64,000 bases of DNA from Heteronotia binoei (GCF_032191835.1 NC_083227.1:49600001-49664000), one strand, 5' to 3'. Positions 36,726 to 50,118 are shown, numbered from the stretch's first letter. The notes: generated by a model from the letters alone, not told the origin. Numbers and translations: made by a program.

Positions 36726-38082
36726 AAGTATATAGATGCCTAGTGAGTGGGTTAATGAACCAGTCACCTTGCATGGCATCACAAGATAAGTTTACCTGTA
36801 AGGTAGATCTTTTTGTGAATGTACTCCCCTTGCACACACCTGTCAAAAATGATGTTTATTACTTTCATGGAAAAGCTTGAGAAGAAAGAAGCTACCTGAT
36901 GCAGCAAATACCAGTTTTCTCTTTGTGAAGGTACTACATTCCCAAGAAAGAGTCACCATATAAAATTAATGAGGCTTAGAATTGCACCCTACTCTTCAGG
37001 CACCTAGGACACACTTTGTCTGTTTCACAGGGAATCTAGAGAGCCAGCAGGGACCTTGTTTTGTTTAAGGATACATCTCATGCATCTTCATCCTGGTGCT
37101 TGGGAAAGGTCTGTCCAGTGTTCAGGGACTGCAGAGAACTTGTTCCTCTTTATATTAAAAGGCAATGCTCATTCTGCAGAATCTGCATTTAGGTATATAC
37201 GTAATCATGGGAATTTTGCACATTGCTTAACCAGTATAAATTATTGGTATCTGGTTTAAAGCAAAATTATCAGAGACGTTTTGTACATTGTCCACTTAGT
37301 ATGCATAGCCATAATGTACATTTTGAACATTGCTCAGGCATGGTCTCCAATAGAGAATATATCAGTTCTCCAGCTAAGTGTATACATGATTATGATGAAG
37401 AGATGCAAGATACCTTGACTAACTGTCAGGGAGGCCTTGATCTCAGGAAAAAAACATTCTTCTCTGGGAACTTAAACAACAAATATTCTCAGATTGAAGG
37501 CATGGAGGAGATGAGTTTCCTTTATGGAGACTAACAGGCAGGATAGAAAAACCATTTGCCCACCTGCCAGGAAGGGGCAAGATAGAATGTTATTTGGATA
37601 TACTGAGTTTGACCATAAAGGTTGTGGAAACACATGGGGATTCACTCCAGTTTCATAATAACTTACAGTGAAATCCTCCCAGCTGAGACAGGAAGGGTTA
37701 AAAGATATGGATACCCTGTCAGAGCGTCCAGGGAACAGTGGGCAATGAAATGAAGTCTGTCTTGACCAACTTCTGTTTTTCAAGGTTAGAGCAAGCTCAC
37801 GTCCATTCCAGGGAAGGGAATGCCAAGATAACACCTGTGACTGTATGACTTCATTATCCTCATATGTTTAATTTCTTTTTACTGTAATTCCTGGTTGTGC
37901 TTTTATGTAGTTTCCCAACATATTGTGCACTGGTGAATTTTACTAAATAACATTCTTGTCCTTTTAAAGATATGAGACTGCGGTCAAAGATCTCACCTAC
38001 ATGCCTGACTGCTCATTCTCCCAGAAACACTAGACTAGGCAACAGACAGCTAGCAAGGGAGGAGGGTTTGTGTAAGACATTA

Positions 38083-38114
<32 letters not shown>

Positions 38115-38262
38115 AATGGACATAGCCCCTATCTGTGTCTCAAGCCGAAGACAGAGAAATAGAGGACAGAGTTTAGGTAATAGTGACTGAAATAAGGAGA
38201 ATGAGAAAAAAGCTGGAAGAAGAAGAAGCACACAGTTCCCCTCTGACTCACAAGCAAAGGCA

Positions 38263-38336
38263 GAAGGAAGGAAGGAAGGAAGGAAGGAAGGAAGGAAGGA
38301 AGGAAGGAAGGAAGGAAGGAAGGAAGGAAGGAAGGA
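38263..38336. repeat. (GAAG)n microsatellite, ~18 units
   Basis: Direct inspection. Confidence 0.97.
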
Positions 38337-39317
38337 TGTGGCCTTTCTTACACACACACCACCCAGGTAACATTGACACAGATGAACATTCTCCAGCAAA
38401 GCACCTTGATTGGGAAATGCAGGGAATCACATGGTTTGTATCCCTTCTGCATATTTTCATGTGAATGAGCTCAGTCACCAGAGCTAAAACACAGCAGTGG
38501 TCTTCAATTCTAGCACAGGACCCTCCAGGCAAGTACAGAATCCCCTGGGTCACAAACGTCTATTGAGCTGCCATTCACCACCTGCCTTTTCAAAGGACCT
38601 GCTGTTAATGTGCATCCATGGATAGCTTGGGTACCATGTTCCTTCCTCTCTTTTGCATGCTGTGAAGAGCGGTGGACAAGGGCACTGAGTGGTGGAGGAG
38701 GTTCTTCCAGGCTCTGATCTTCACCTTGTTCCACAATCCCTCCTGGTGTTCCATTTGTGTTTCCAGAATCCGGCTCTCTCAATCAGCCCATGGTCTGAGC
38801 CTCTCGAGGTCATAACTCAGCCCCTTTTCCTGTCACATTAGTCTGATATATATGTGACTTTCTGTCATTTGTGTTTGTGTGTGTGTAGACATACAGAATC
38901 AGATATAGATATGTTTTCCTCTTCTTCAAAGCTAACTTTTAAATGAAAACTCAGCTAGCTTCTCAAACTCTCCACTCTACTAACCAATACTATAGGAGCT
39001 GTTCTGGAAGAGCTTCCAGCCACAAGAGTCCTTTCTAATTCTCTTCACCTGGTTTGTTTATCTAAATCAAGGTCCCCAACATGCCTACCATGGCACCCAT
39101 CAACACCTTTTTTGGCAGCTGCCAAATGTTTTTAGGAAGTGGATGGGGCCAGGTAGGGCTGTTGCCTAACAAGGCCTCTGATTCACCATTGAAGATTTGA
39201 TTGGCTGTCATTTTTTTTTTTAAGTGTTGCTTTGGTGGCAGTTGCCACCACAACACAAGGATCTACTCTGTGTTACTGAAGTTAAGCTGTGGCAATTATT
39301 TTGTAGTTGGCTCTGCC

Positions 39318-39680
39318 CAGGGCCGGCTGTAGAGGGGGCAAAGTAGGTCCTTGCCCTGGGCGCTGCTGGGGGGGGGGGATTGGGCGGGCGGAAGGGGGGA
39401 GAAAGATCAGCTGCTTTTGCTACCAAGGCAGCCCCATTGCTTCCCTTCCATTTAGGAGCTCCCTCCCATTAGGGGGGAGGCAGATCACCTGCCATTGCCA
39501 CCTCTCCGCCTTGCAGAGAGGTGGCAAAGGCAGCCCTGTGGCTTCCCCCTCCCCATTTAAACACCCCACTGGGGTGGAGAGGCAGTAAAGGCAACCCAAT
39601 GGCTTCCCCTTTCCATTTCTTGAGTGAGGGTATCATTTTTTGGTTTTAACCCTACTCAAAAATATGTAGATCTGGCCCTG
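39318..39680. mobile_element. hAT-type MITE
   Basis: cagggcc...ggccctg termini with perfect 8-bp TSD gctctgcc. Confidence 0.85.
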
Positions 39681-40980
39681 GCTCTGCCTTATGCAGAAGC
39701 CATTTTATAGCAGCCATTTTGTCGCTGTGCTATATCAGAAATCCAAATGTGCCCGCAGGCTCAAAAAAGTCAGGGGCACATGATCTAAATATTTATATTC
39801 TCCCACACCAGTCCATGGGATCCAATACTTTCCCAACCCAGAGACTATTTCTTTAGGTGAAAAAAAATTCATAGCTTCATGAAAAAAAACGTCATGGTAA
39901 GGCTTTCTCAACATGCAAAGAAGGTCATATGAATGCGAACTTTTATGTGGGAAATGCTGATATCTGAATCTCCTGTTATCTAGCTGTTCCAGGTGCCTCA
40001 GTCTTCCCCCCTCCTGCAAAGGACCGTAGGAGACGGAGCACCATGCTCGAGGCCTGCCGGAACTCTGGGAGAGAAGGATGCTGGAGGTGCGGAGCTTCTC
40101 CTTGTCCTGGAGCTCTGGCAGTGACAGGACCCACCTCCCAGCCTGCCTCTGATGCCCAGCAGGAATGTAGAAATAAACCATGGGGGAAAGGTGCCCCTCA
40201 TGAAGGCCTCCCCTTAATCTCTGCCACTTAGGAACGGTTTTAAACAACAGTGTATGAATTTTATTATCTTTTCCCCCAAAGGTAGTGGGCCCACAAATCC
40301 CCATTCATGCCCTAATTGGGAAACTTTGCAATGTATTACTGAAGAGAGAAGAGCAGAGCTTAAGGATGCACCATCCACCAGCAATTGGGGGGGGGGGGAC
40401 ATGCCAATGCATTTTCCCTCCTGATAGGGGCAGTTGAGGGCTCCACTCCATCCCCACAGCAGGGGTCTTTCTTTTCTTTTCCCCACCAGCTTTGAGCAGG
40501 CCTGTTTCAGATTGGCCTTTTTATGTTTGATCTAAAGAATAGTTGTTGGCCAATTCCATCTTTTCATCACTGTTCTGCCAGGCCTAGATCCAAGCGGCTT
40601 GTCAGATGCTCATTAACTCCCCCTTTGGCTCTTTGCAGTGTGTCTCCTAAGCTCATTGTGCCAAGAACTCGCACTTCTTTCTCTCCCTTTCTCTGCTCCA
40701 TCAGGGAGACAAATTACTTTCCAAAAAAGGGGGATCGCCAGGGACGGTTTAATGAGAATTTCTCCAGGGCTGCCTGTGGAAAGCGATGTAGTTAACATTC
40801 GGTGGACTTAATTGGACTTTTCTCTTCTGCCTCCTTCAAAAAAACTCTGAAGCTATCCTGTTAATCTCTCATTTGTAATCAATTGTGTTGACTCAACAAA
40901 AGTCTAGGTCGTCCTTTCTTCCTGTCCCAGACAATCCTTTGTTGCCTCTAAATGCCTCATTCTTGAGTGCTCCTGGTCTT

Positions 40981-41136
40981 NNNNNNNNNNNNNNNNNNNN
41001 NNNNNNNNNNNNNNNNNNNNNNNNNNNNNNNNNNNNNNNNNNNNNNNNNNNNNNNNNNNNNNNNNNNNNNNNNNNNNNNNNNNNNNNNNNNNNNNNNNNN
41101 NNNNNNNNNNNNNNNNNNNNNNNNNNNNNNNNNNNN
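40981..41136. other. Assembly gap (156 N)
   Basis: N run. Confidence 1.
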
Positions 41137-42142
41137 AGGGAAAAGGGCAACACAGCTGCCTGAAGGTTCCCCGCTTCCCAGCCCTTGCGTCTTCTTCAGG
41201 CACATCTCTTCCCTCTTAGGACGCACCTGGGACAACCTGCCTTTTCCTGCACCTTCCTTCTCCCTCCTCTCTAAAGGGTTTTTTTGCGGGGGGAGGAAGA
41301 GGTGAACATTTGGTGGGCTTGGAACGTTCAGCCAGGCAAATGGAGTTTACACCCAAAGGGATTGGGTTTTTTTTAAAAAAAAAAAAAAAAAATCCACACG
41401 CCTGCAAATGCTGGCAAGTTTTAAGTGTCATTCTTTACATAGAGGAACCTCTAACCCCCCCTTAGGCACTAGGCCTGTTCAAGCTGTTGTGTTCATGACT
41501 GTGGCTTTGGAAGAGGGTTTTTCCTCCCCCCCCCCCTTTTAAAAAAATATATTATTTGAAGCTTGCTGGCAAGATTGCTGAAGTGTGAGCAGTCATGGAC
41601 AGAAGAAACATCTTGTGGGGGAAAAGATAATTGGAGCCTTTTGTGTGTGTATGTGTGTGTGGGTGTGGGTGTGAGGGGGAGAGAGAGAGAGAGAGTCTGA
41701 CAGAATTACCCTCCCCCTCAATTTTAGCATTTTAATATTGTGTGTAGCAAAGGATACAATAATGAATCAGTGTTAGAGCCCACCTTGCTGCAGAGAGGTG
41801 GATTTATTTATTTATTTATTTATTGTTCTGGCAAGATGCAAGTCATACATGCCCAGAAATGGAAATTATTTTTTTTCTTGGTAAGGTTCATGTTTTTTTT
41901 TTCTTACCCATGAGTTGTGTACGCATTTCCACAAGACTCACTGGGGGTGGGTGCGGGTTTCTCGTCTACTGCTACACAGGCATTACATGACACACTTCTC
42001 AACCATAAGATAAATCGAGCTGCCTTATCCCAACACAGCTAATGACCCACCCTGTCTCATAGGAGCTCCCCAGGGTCCTAGGGAAGGTCTTGCATGGCAT
42101 GGCGTGCTCCTGCACGATGGGGTGATGACCCACTGCTTAGAT

Positions 42143-42747
42143 CAGGGGTGTCAAATATGTGGCCTGGGGGCTGAATCAGGCCCCTGGAGAGCTTTTATCA
42201 GACTCCCGAACAACTGGCTATTATCTGCTTCCTTCTCCCCCTCTCATGCTTCCTTCTGCATCACAGCTTGCTTTGCCAGACTTGCTCAATCACACGGGAG
42301 CTACAGAGCAAAGCCTCTATTTTCTCCATTGACTGAGGCTCCTTCTTTGGGGAGGCAAGGGCGGGAAGGACAGCTTGCTTTGCCAGGCTCTCTCAATCGC
42401 ACTGCAGAGCTACTGAGCCAAGACTCTCTTCCTTCTATTGGCTGAGGCTCCTCCCCCTCCTGGTCCCTTAGGGAAGAAAGGAAAGAGCCAGAGCTTCCTT
42501 TGCCCAGCTCCCTGGATCCCATGGGAGAGATACAAAAGAAAGCACCTTAAAGACCAATGAGTGCTAGTGTTTTAATCATGTTTTATTTTAATTTTTTTTT
42601 AAAATATTTAATTGTGTTTCTCTGTGTCCTTTATAAAGTTTATATCTCTGTTACCTGGCATTACAATTTATGACACACATGGCCCGACTGACAAGGTCTC
42701 ATTTATGTCAGATTCGGCCCTCATAACAAATGAGTTTGATACCCCTG
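42143..42747. mobile_element. hAT-type non-autonomous element (605 bp)
   Basis: caggggtgtcaaa / tttgatacccctg TIR; TSD gcttagat / tcttagat (7/8). Confidence 0.88.
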
Positions 42748-43555
42748 TCTTAGATGGTACATGCATGGAGAATGAGCCGTAAATGGCTATGAGACCATGA
42801 CAGCTCAATGGAATTTGTGTGTTCTGAGGCCTGCCACTCAAAGCAGGTGGCTGGGGAGGCAATGAGAGAGGTGTATAGTCTTGTTGCCCTGCTCATGAAT
42901 TTCCAGGAGGAACCTGGTTGGCTGTTGCTGGACACAGGATGCTGGAGTACGTACCAATCCAGCTGGGTGTTATGAATGCTCCAATTACAGAGGAGAGGGC
43001 GAAGGACCCAGCCCATGGCCCACTGGGATGAGTCACCTTAGGTACTGCTTTCAAAACCTCCCTGCTTCTATTCAAGGGACCCCCTTCCTCCAGCTTGGAT
43101 TTCTCCACCATATGTCCCTGTATCAATGTGCCTGGCTGAGGAGGACAATCTGATCCCAGTTCTGCATTACTTTGCTTGTTTTATCCACCACTTGTGTTTG
43201 CAAGCCCAGTTATTATTACAGACTGTGGTCTATGCTGCTGAATTTAGCTTGCTGAACCTAGGGTCCCACGATGTAATTTCTGCGTCATTCAATGCATCAT
43301 GTTAATATTTATGCATTACTTCGATTTCTGGTTGGTCCTACAACAACCCTAATACTATTGTATTGCTTATTACGTATCCCATTCTAACAATTCCATTGAC
43401 TCACTCTGTGTAATCTGCCTAGAGTTCAGGTGAGAAAGGTGGATCATAAATAATGTAAATAAATAAATAAATACTCCCTCCTGTCAGTCAATGTCTCTTG
43501 CCACACCCCAAGAGTCCCAGCTGCCTCAACGCATACTACACACCTTGGCTGAGGG

Positions 43556-43736
43556 CAGGGCTTTATTTGTAGCAGGAACTCCTTTGCATATTAGACCACA
43601 CAGCCCTGAAGTAGCCAATCCTCCTGGAGCTTAGCCCAGCTAAGAGCCCTGTAAGCTCTTGGGAGGACTGGCTACATCAGGGATGTGTGGCCTAATATGC
43701 AAAGGAGTTCTTGCTACAAAAAAAAAAAAAGCCCTG
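43556..43736. mobile_element. Palindromic hAT-type MITE (cagggcttt...aaagccctg family)
   Basis: Long inverted arms; perfect 8-bp TSD gctgaggg; relatives at 47833, 48424, 49937. Confidence 0.88.
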
Positions 43737-44220
43737 GCTGAGGGATCTCTCCATCTAAGTGGACAATGGTTCACACCAACTCCTTGGAAGCTTTCTTTCT
43801 AAACAGGGGCAATATCAGGTTCCAAGAACCCTGGCCAGCTCCAGGGGGAGCAGTGCACATTCTTGAGCTCCCGGATGGAATGAGCAGGAGTAGGGGAATC
43901 CAACTCAAATGGGTCCTAGAAATCACACAACAAAGGACTGGGTCCTGTCTATGTGTTCTGGAGAATCCTGAAGAAGTTCTTAACCCTAGCCAGTCCTTTG
44001 CTTGGAGAAGACCCAGAATCAGGAATGAAAGCAATGAGCAAAATTCTGAAAATTCCTTCCTGGAGATAAGAGGATAGCAGGTGAACAGGTTTCATCCCAG
44101 AACAGAATGAAATCCCAACAGCGAACACACCAGAAGATAGAGATAGAATTCAACAAGATCTACAAGATGTAAAAGTGATCGCACCGCTTGGGAGCAGTGA
44201 CCATAACATTATAACATTAT

Positions 44221-44524
44221 CACAATACAAGAATTCGTGGGCATTCGATGAAATTGCTGAGCAGACAGGTTAAAACGGATAAAAGGAAGTATTTCTTCAC
44301 CCAAAGGATGATTAACATGTGGAATTCACTGCCACAGGATGTGGTGGCGGCCACAAGCATAGCCATCTTCAAGAGGGGTTTATACAAAAATATGGAGCAG
44401 AGGTCCATCAGTGGCTATTAGCCACAGTGTGTGTGTATATAAAAATTTTGCCACTGTGTAACACAGAGTGTTGGACTGGATGGGCCATTGGCCTGATCTA
44501 ACATGGCTTCTCTTATGTTCTTAT
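44221..44524 (+). mobile_element. CR1 3'-end insertion 1
   Basis: Duplicate of ORF2 end plus short 3' UTR ending ttatgttcttat; host frame resumes (DHNI|IDFT). Confidence 0.85.
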
Positions 44525-44912
44525 TGATTTCACCATTTGTATAAACAGTGAGTTGCCCCAAAAGACCAGCACAACCACGTTTAACTTTAAAAGGGGTAAA
44601 TTCTCTGAGATGAGGAGGCATGTGAAGAGGAAACTGAAAGGAAAGGTAAATACAGGCAAAACCCTTGGGGAAGCTTGGAGGCTATTTAAAACTACATTCC
44701 TAGAAGCTCAGATAAAATATATACCACAAGTTAGGAAAGGCACAAACAGGTATAAGAGAAGGCCTGCATGGTTAACAAACAAAGTAATGGAAGCTGTAAA
44801 AGGTAAGAAGGACTCCTTTAAGCGGTGGAAAGCTAGTCCAAGTGAGATTAATGAAAGGGAACACAGGCAGTTGCAAATCAAATGCAAGCCTGTGATCAGG
44901 CAGGCAAAAAGG

Positions 44913-45173
44913 GCTACAAGCATAGCCAGCTTCAAGAGGGGTTTGGATAAAAATATGGAGCAGAGGTCCATCAGTGGATATTAACCACGGCATATTATTG
45001 GAACTGTCTGGGGCAGTGATGCTCTGTATTCTTGGTGCTTGGGTGGGGGGGCAAAGTGGAAGGGCTTCTAGCCCCACTTGTGAGCCTCCTTTTTTTTGGC
45101 TGCTGTGTGACACAGAGTGTTGGACTGGATGGGCCATTGGCCTGATCCAACATGGCTTCTCTTATGTTCTTAT
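44913..45173 (+). mobile_element. CR1 3'-end insertion 2 (long UTR variant)
   Basis: Removal restores RQAKR|DYEEHIAK. Confidence 0.88.
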
Positions 45174-45346
45174 GACTATGAGGAGCATATTGCAAAAAAC
45201 ATAAAGACCAACAATAAAATTTTCTTCAAATATATTAAAAGCAGGAAACCAGCCAGGGAGGCAGTGGGGCCCTTGGATGATCAAGGGGTAAAAGGATTAC
45301 TGAAGGAGGATAGGGAAATGGCTGAGAAGCTGAATGCATTTTTTGC

Positions 45347-45480
45347 AGAGGTCCATCGGTGGCTATTAGCCACAGTGTGTGTGTATATATATATAATTTT
45401 TTTTTGCCACTGTGTGACACAGAGTGTTGGACTGGATGGGCCATTGGCCTGATCCAACATGGCTTCTCTTATTTTCTTAT
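45347..45480 (+). mobile_element. CR1 3'-end insertion 3
   Basis: Removal restores NAFF(A)|SVFTVED. Confidence 0.85.
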
Positions 45481-47171
45481 GTCTCTGTCTTCACTGTGGA
45501 AGATGAGAAGTGTTTGCCTGCTCCACAACCACTTATATTGGAAGGGGTGTTGAAAGACCTGAGTCAGATTGAGGTGACAAGAGAGAAGGTCCTACAACTG
45601 ATAGATGAATTAAAAACTAATAAGTCACCAGGTCCGGATGGCATATATCCAAGAGTTCTGAAAGAACTCAAAGTTGAACTTGTGGCTCTTCTGACAAAAA
45701 TATGTGATCTTTCATTGAAATCTGCCTCAGTTCCTGAGGACTGGAAGGTAGCAAATGTCACCCCAAACTTTAAAAAGGGTTCCAGAGGAGATCTGGGAAA
45801 CTACAGGCCAGTCAGTCTGACTTCAATACCGGGAAAGTTGGTAGAAACCATTATCAAGGACAGAGTGAGTAGGCACATTGATGAACACAAATTATTGAGG
45901 AAGACTCAGCATGGGTTCTGTAAGGGAAGATCTTGCCTCACTAACCTGTTACAGTTCTTTGAGGGGGTGAACAAACATGTGGACAAAAGAGACCCGATAG
46001 ATATTGTTTACCTTGACTTCCAGAAAGCTTTTGATAAAGTTCCTCATCAAAGGCTCCTTAGTAAGCTCGAGAGTCATGGAGTAAAAGGACAGGTCCTCTT
46101 GTGAATCAAAAACTGGCTAATTAATAGGAAGCAGAGAGTGAGTATAAATGGGCAGACTTCACAGTGGAGGACGGTAAGCAGTGGAGTGCCGCAGGGCTCA
46201 GTACTGGGTCCCATGCTCTTTAACTTGTTCATAAATGATTTGGAGTTGAGAGTAAGCAGTGAAGTGGCCAAGTTTGCAGATGACACTAAATTGTTCAGTG
46301 TGGTGAGAACCAGAGAGGATTGTGAGGCACTCCAAAGGGATCTGTTGAGGCCGGGTGAGTGGGCGTCAACGTGGCAGATGAGGTTCAATGTGGCCAAGTG
46401 CAAAGTAATGCACATTGGGGCCAAGAATCCCAGCTACAAATACGAGCTGATGGGGTGTGAACTGGCAGAGACTGACCAAGAGAGAGATTTTGGGGTTGTA
46501 GTAGATAACTCACTGAAAATGTCAAGACAGTGTGCGATTGCAATAAAAAAGGCCAACGCCATGCTGGGAATTATTAGGAAGGGAATTGAAAACAAATCAG
46601 CCAGTATCATAATGCCCCTGTATAAATCGATGGTGCGGTCTCATTTGGAATACTGTGTGCAATTCTGGTCACCGCACCTCAAAAAGGATATTATAGCACT
46701 GGAAAAAGTGCAGAAAAGGGCAACTAGAATGATTAAAGGTTTGGAACACTTTCCCTATGAAGAAAGGTTAAAACGCTTGGGGCTCTTTAGCGTGGAGAAA
46801 CGTCGACTGCGGGGTGACATGATAGAGGTTTACAAGATTATGCATGCGATGGAGAAGGTAGAGAAAGAAGTACTTTTCTCCCTTTCTCACAATACAAGAA
46901 CTCGTGGGTATTCGATGAAATTGCTGAGCAGTTGGGTTAAAATGGATAAAAAGAGGTACTTCTTCACCCAAAGGGTGATTAACATGTGGAATTCACTGCC
47001 ACAGGAGGTGGTGGCGGCTACAAGCATAGCCAGCTTCAAGAGGGGGTTAGATAAAAATATGGAGCAGAGGTCCATCAGTGGCCACTGTGTGACACAGAGT
47101 GTTGGACTGGATGGGCCATTGGCCTGATCCAACATGACTTCTCTTATATTCTTGTGTTCCTATGTTCTTAT

Positions 47172-47510
47172 CTGGACATGCTGGAAAAGTGGGCGGATGT
47201 GAACAAGATTCAAGTTAACCAGAATAAGTGCTGAACTCTACATCTGGGTAACAAAAACGAGCAACATGCATACTGGATAAGGGATACACTTCTGGAGATC
47301 AGTATGTGTGAACAAGATCTTGGGGTGTGAGTGGACCATAAATTAAATATGAGCAGCCAGTGTGATGCAGTAGCAAACAAGGTTAATGCCATCTTGGGGT
47401 GCATTATCAGAGGCATAACATCCAAATAGCAAGAAGTCATAGTCCCGCTGTATACTACATTGGTCAGGCTGCACCTGGAGTATTGTGTGCAGCTCTGGAG
47501 GCCACAATGA
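47172..47510 (+). mobile_element. Older CR1 RT C-terminal fragment of a different subfamily
   Basis: Degenerate KC..LHLG..N, EQDLGV.VDHKLNMSSQCDAV..K.NAILGCI, L..LHLEYCVQLW.P. Confidence 0.75.
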
Positions 47511-48423
47511 GGAGAAAAGACAAGATGTTGCAAGAACTTCACAAATGCAGGGGAAGTTTGATTAGTGAGAGGACTACTTCAGTGTATATCCCTCTGTCAT
47601 TCATTCTACATCTCAACTGATACCATTCCCTGTCTGTGGGGTCTATCAGGAGCCAGAGGGTAATAATGCTCATGATACCATCATTTCAGTGCAGTTAAGT
47701 GGGAGTAAGTGGCTGTTAGTCTTGATACAGTTTGTAATCTGACCTGAGGAAAGCAGAAGATTACCAAGCACTTCTGACTGTTGTGCACATGCCCTTGTAA
47801 TGCTGTCTCGGTGACCACTGAATCAGATGAATCAGGGCCTTTTTGTTTTTAGCAGAAACGCACAGAAATGCAGTTTTGGCTGGATTGGCATCAGGGGGTG
47901 TGGTGTAATATGCAAATGAGTTCCTGCTGGGCTTTTCTAAAAAAAAAAAAGCTCTGTAGAGCACCCTGTAGGAAATAGGGCTTATGATGACCAATAGGAG
48001 GGGCCAAAAGAAAAGGCAATCTGGAGATGGGACTTGTAGATTTCTCCAAAATTTGAGCAGTGTTCTTGTTCATGTTTTTTTATGGCATAGGAGACTTGAA
48101 TTCTGGAACCTCAAATGGTAGCTTTGTAACTCACTGGGTGACTTTGGCCCTCTTTATCTCCCCCCAGCCTACCTTATGGAATGGGAGGTGAGGATTTAAA
48201 AAAAAAGATAAGTTCACACATCTGATTTTGAACTCCTGGGACAAAGATGGAAATGCACCCCTACAGTGTAAAATCTATACAGAATAAGAAGCCATTCCCT
48301 TTGCCCCAGCTACCTGAAGTCATTTGTAGGTGCCAGGAACCAGAACAGGGACCTCAGACATACAGAGCATGTCCTAGGAGCTGAGCAATATCTATATCTT
48401 CTGCAGCATATTCATGATCCAAC

Positions 48424-48531
48424 CAGGGCTTTTTTGGTAGAAAAAGCCCAGCAGGGACTCATTTGCATCCTAGGCCACACCCCCTTACACCAAGCCATCC
48501 GGAAGTGCGTTCCTGCTCAAAAAAAGCCCTG
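48424..48531. mobile_element. Short hAT-type MITE
   Basis: cagggcttttttt / aaaaaaagccctg; flanks gatccaac / gacccagc (6/8). Confidence 0.7.
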
Positions 48532-48561
48532 GACCCAGCACTATAGAAGGTGTTAGCAGCA

Positions 48562-48562
<1 letters not shown>

Positions 48563-48598
<36 letters not shown>

Positions 48599-48815
48599 CA
48601 TTTCTAACCCACCTTTCTCCCCATTGGGGACCCAAAGCCCTTTACATCATTATCTTCTCCTCCAGTTTATCCTCACAACAACCCTGTGAAGTAGTTTAGG
48701 CTGAAAGTATGACTGGCCCAAAGTCAACCAGTGAGCTTCTATGGCACGCATGGGGATTCAAACCTGGGTTTTCCAGATACTAGTTTGACACTCTTAACCA
48801 TTCCATCACACTGTT
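48563..48815 (-). mobile_element. tRNA-derived SINE with (AATC)n tail
   Basis: On minus: gtggttaagagt...ctgggtttgaatcccc (A/B-box-like) ... gttgtgaggataaa ... tail = (gatt)n at 48563-48598. Confidence 0.7.
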
Positions 48816-49253
48816 GCAGCTGGGAGAGCGGTAACAGTACTGCAAACATAACTCGATACCATTCCTGGTATTACACCTGAAGGCGGGTGGTATCCACAGT
48901 CAGTGCCTCTGGCTGCATCAGGTGACATTATCATTTCAGGAGATGTGTGTGGAACAAAATGTATTTCCTTCACCGCAAAGGTGGAGCAGGGGCTTTAGAG
49001 TAATAACATCATAATAGTTTTGATACCACCAGCAGCCATCAGAGGGACTAATTTAGGGAATGGGCTCCTTTACCTGGCTTCCTGCCACCTGGTAATAGTA
49101 ACTTGTGTCTGGTACTGTGCTCATGCCATTGATTTGCGTTTTTTATCCTTCTTGCTTGCTTTAGTTATTATTTGTAATAGGGGAGACAGGATCACACTTT
49201 TCATGTATTTGAAAGGTTTTCACATGGAAGATGGCAAAGATTATGCTCTAGAG

Positions 49254-49418
49254 CAGTGTTCCCTCTAAGCTGAGTTAGTGTGAACTAGCTCAGTTTTTTA
49301 GCCTCCAGCTCACACATTTTCGTCTTAGCTCAGTAAAATTGGCCTCAGAGCTAACTAATTTATGCAGTAGCTCACAACTTTAACACCAGTAGCTCACAAA
49401 GTAGAATTTTTCCTCACA
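49254..49418. mobile_element. Truncated hAT-type MITE (cagtgttccctctaagctgag family); degenerate relative at ~54588-54792
   Basis: Shared gctgagttagtgtga.ctagctca and ttagctca motifs in both copies. Confidence 0.55.
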
Positions 49419-49936
49419 AAATGCATAGAAGGAGTATTGGGTCAAGGTTTGATCGAATGACCTCTAAGTTATATGTGGGTAGGTTCTGACGAGGTGAATG
49501 AAAGGGCCTTTCTTTACCTCCTATTGGATCCAAATGTATAATATTCAAAGGTCTGCTTCCTCTCAGTTTCAGAAGGTGATATCATGACTATTCAAAATCC
49601 ACTTCCCTGTAGAAGAGGAACAGCGTGTTTGTATATTCATTACACAGTTTCTTTGTAAACCTTTCTCTGGCGCTGAGTGTTTGTGGAGGTGGAAAGGAAT
49701 GGGGAAAGCAGCTCCCTCCTCCTCCTCCCACTCAGAGTCACTGGGAATTCTACAACCCACTCTCTTCAATACAGCTTGGGCTTCCGCCCCTTTGTTTTAA
49801 AGCAAACAGTAAGGCTCTGGTAGCTATATCTGGTGATGTGTATTTGTTTTTCTTTATGATACCATTTGATTTCAGAATAAAATATTGTATTCTACTGGTA
49901 ATACAGTACAAATCAATACAAAGCAGATGCAGTTGC

Positions 49937-50118
49937 CAGGGCTTTTTTTGTAGCAGAAACTCCTTTGCATATCAGGCCGCACACTCCTGATGTAGCTAAT
50001 CCTCCTGGAGCTTACAGTAGGCTCTGTACTAACAGCCCTGTAAGCTCTTAGAGGATTGGCTACATTAGGGGGGCATGGCCTGATATGCAAAGGAGTTCCT
50101 GCTACAAAAAAAGCCCTG
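49937..50118. mobile_element. Palindromic hAT-type MITE, same family as 43556
   Basis: cagggcttt...aaagccctg; cagttgc duplicated on both sides. Confidence 0.85.

Larger units (their letters stand above)
44150..47171 (+). mobile_element. 5'-truncated CR1 LINE ORF2 (endonuclease end to RT and 3' UTR), interrupted by three CR1 3'-end copies; nonsense codon at 46102-46104
   Basis: PLGSSDHNI, KSPGPDGIYPRVLKEL, NYRPVSLTSIPGK, DFQKAFDKVPH, GVPQGSVLGP, KFADDTKL; 8-bp tail (ttatgttc)n. Confidence 0.95.

Noticed and set aside
37423-38000. Possible solo LTR (tgtcag...cctaca)
   Set aside because: Flanks show no target-site duplication; boundaries unsupported.
38013-38553. ORFs with LPSF/RKEG repeats
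   Set aside because: Translation of the (GAAG)n microsatellite.
40885-41305. ORFs spanning the N gap (also 54725-55110)
   Set aside because: Open only because N codons contain no stops.
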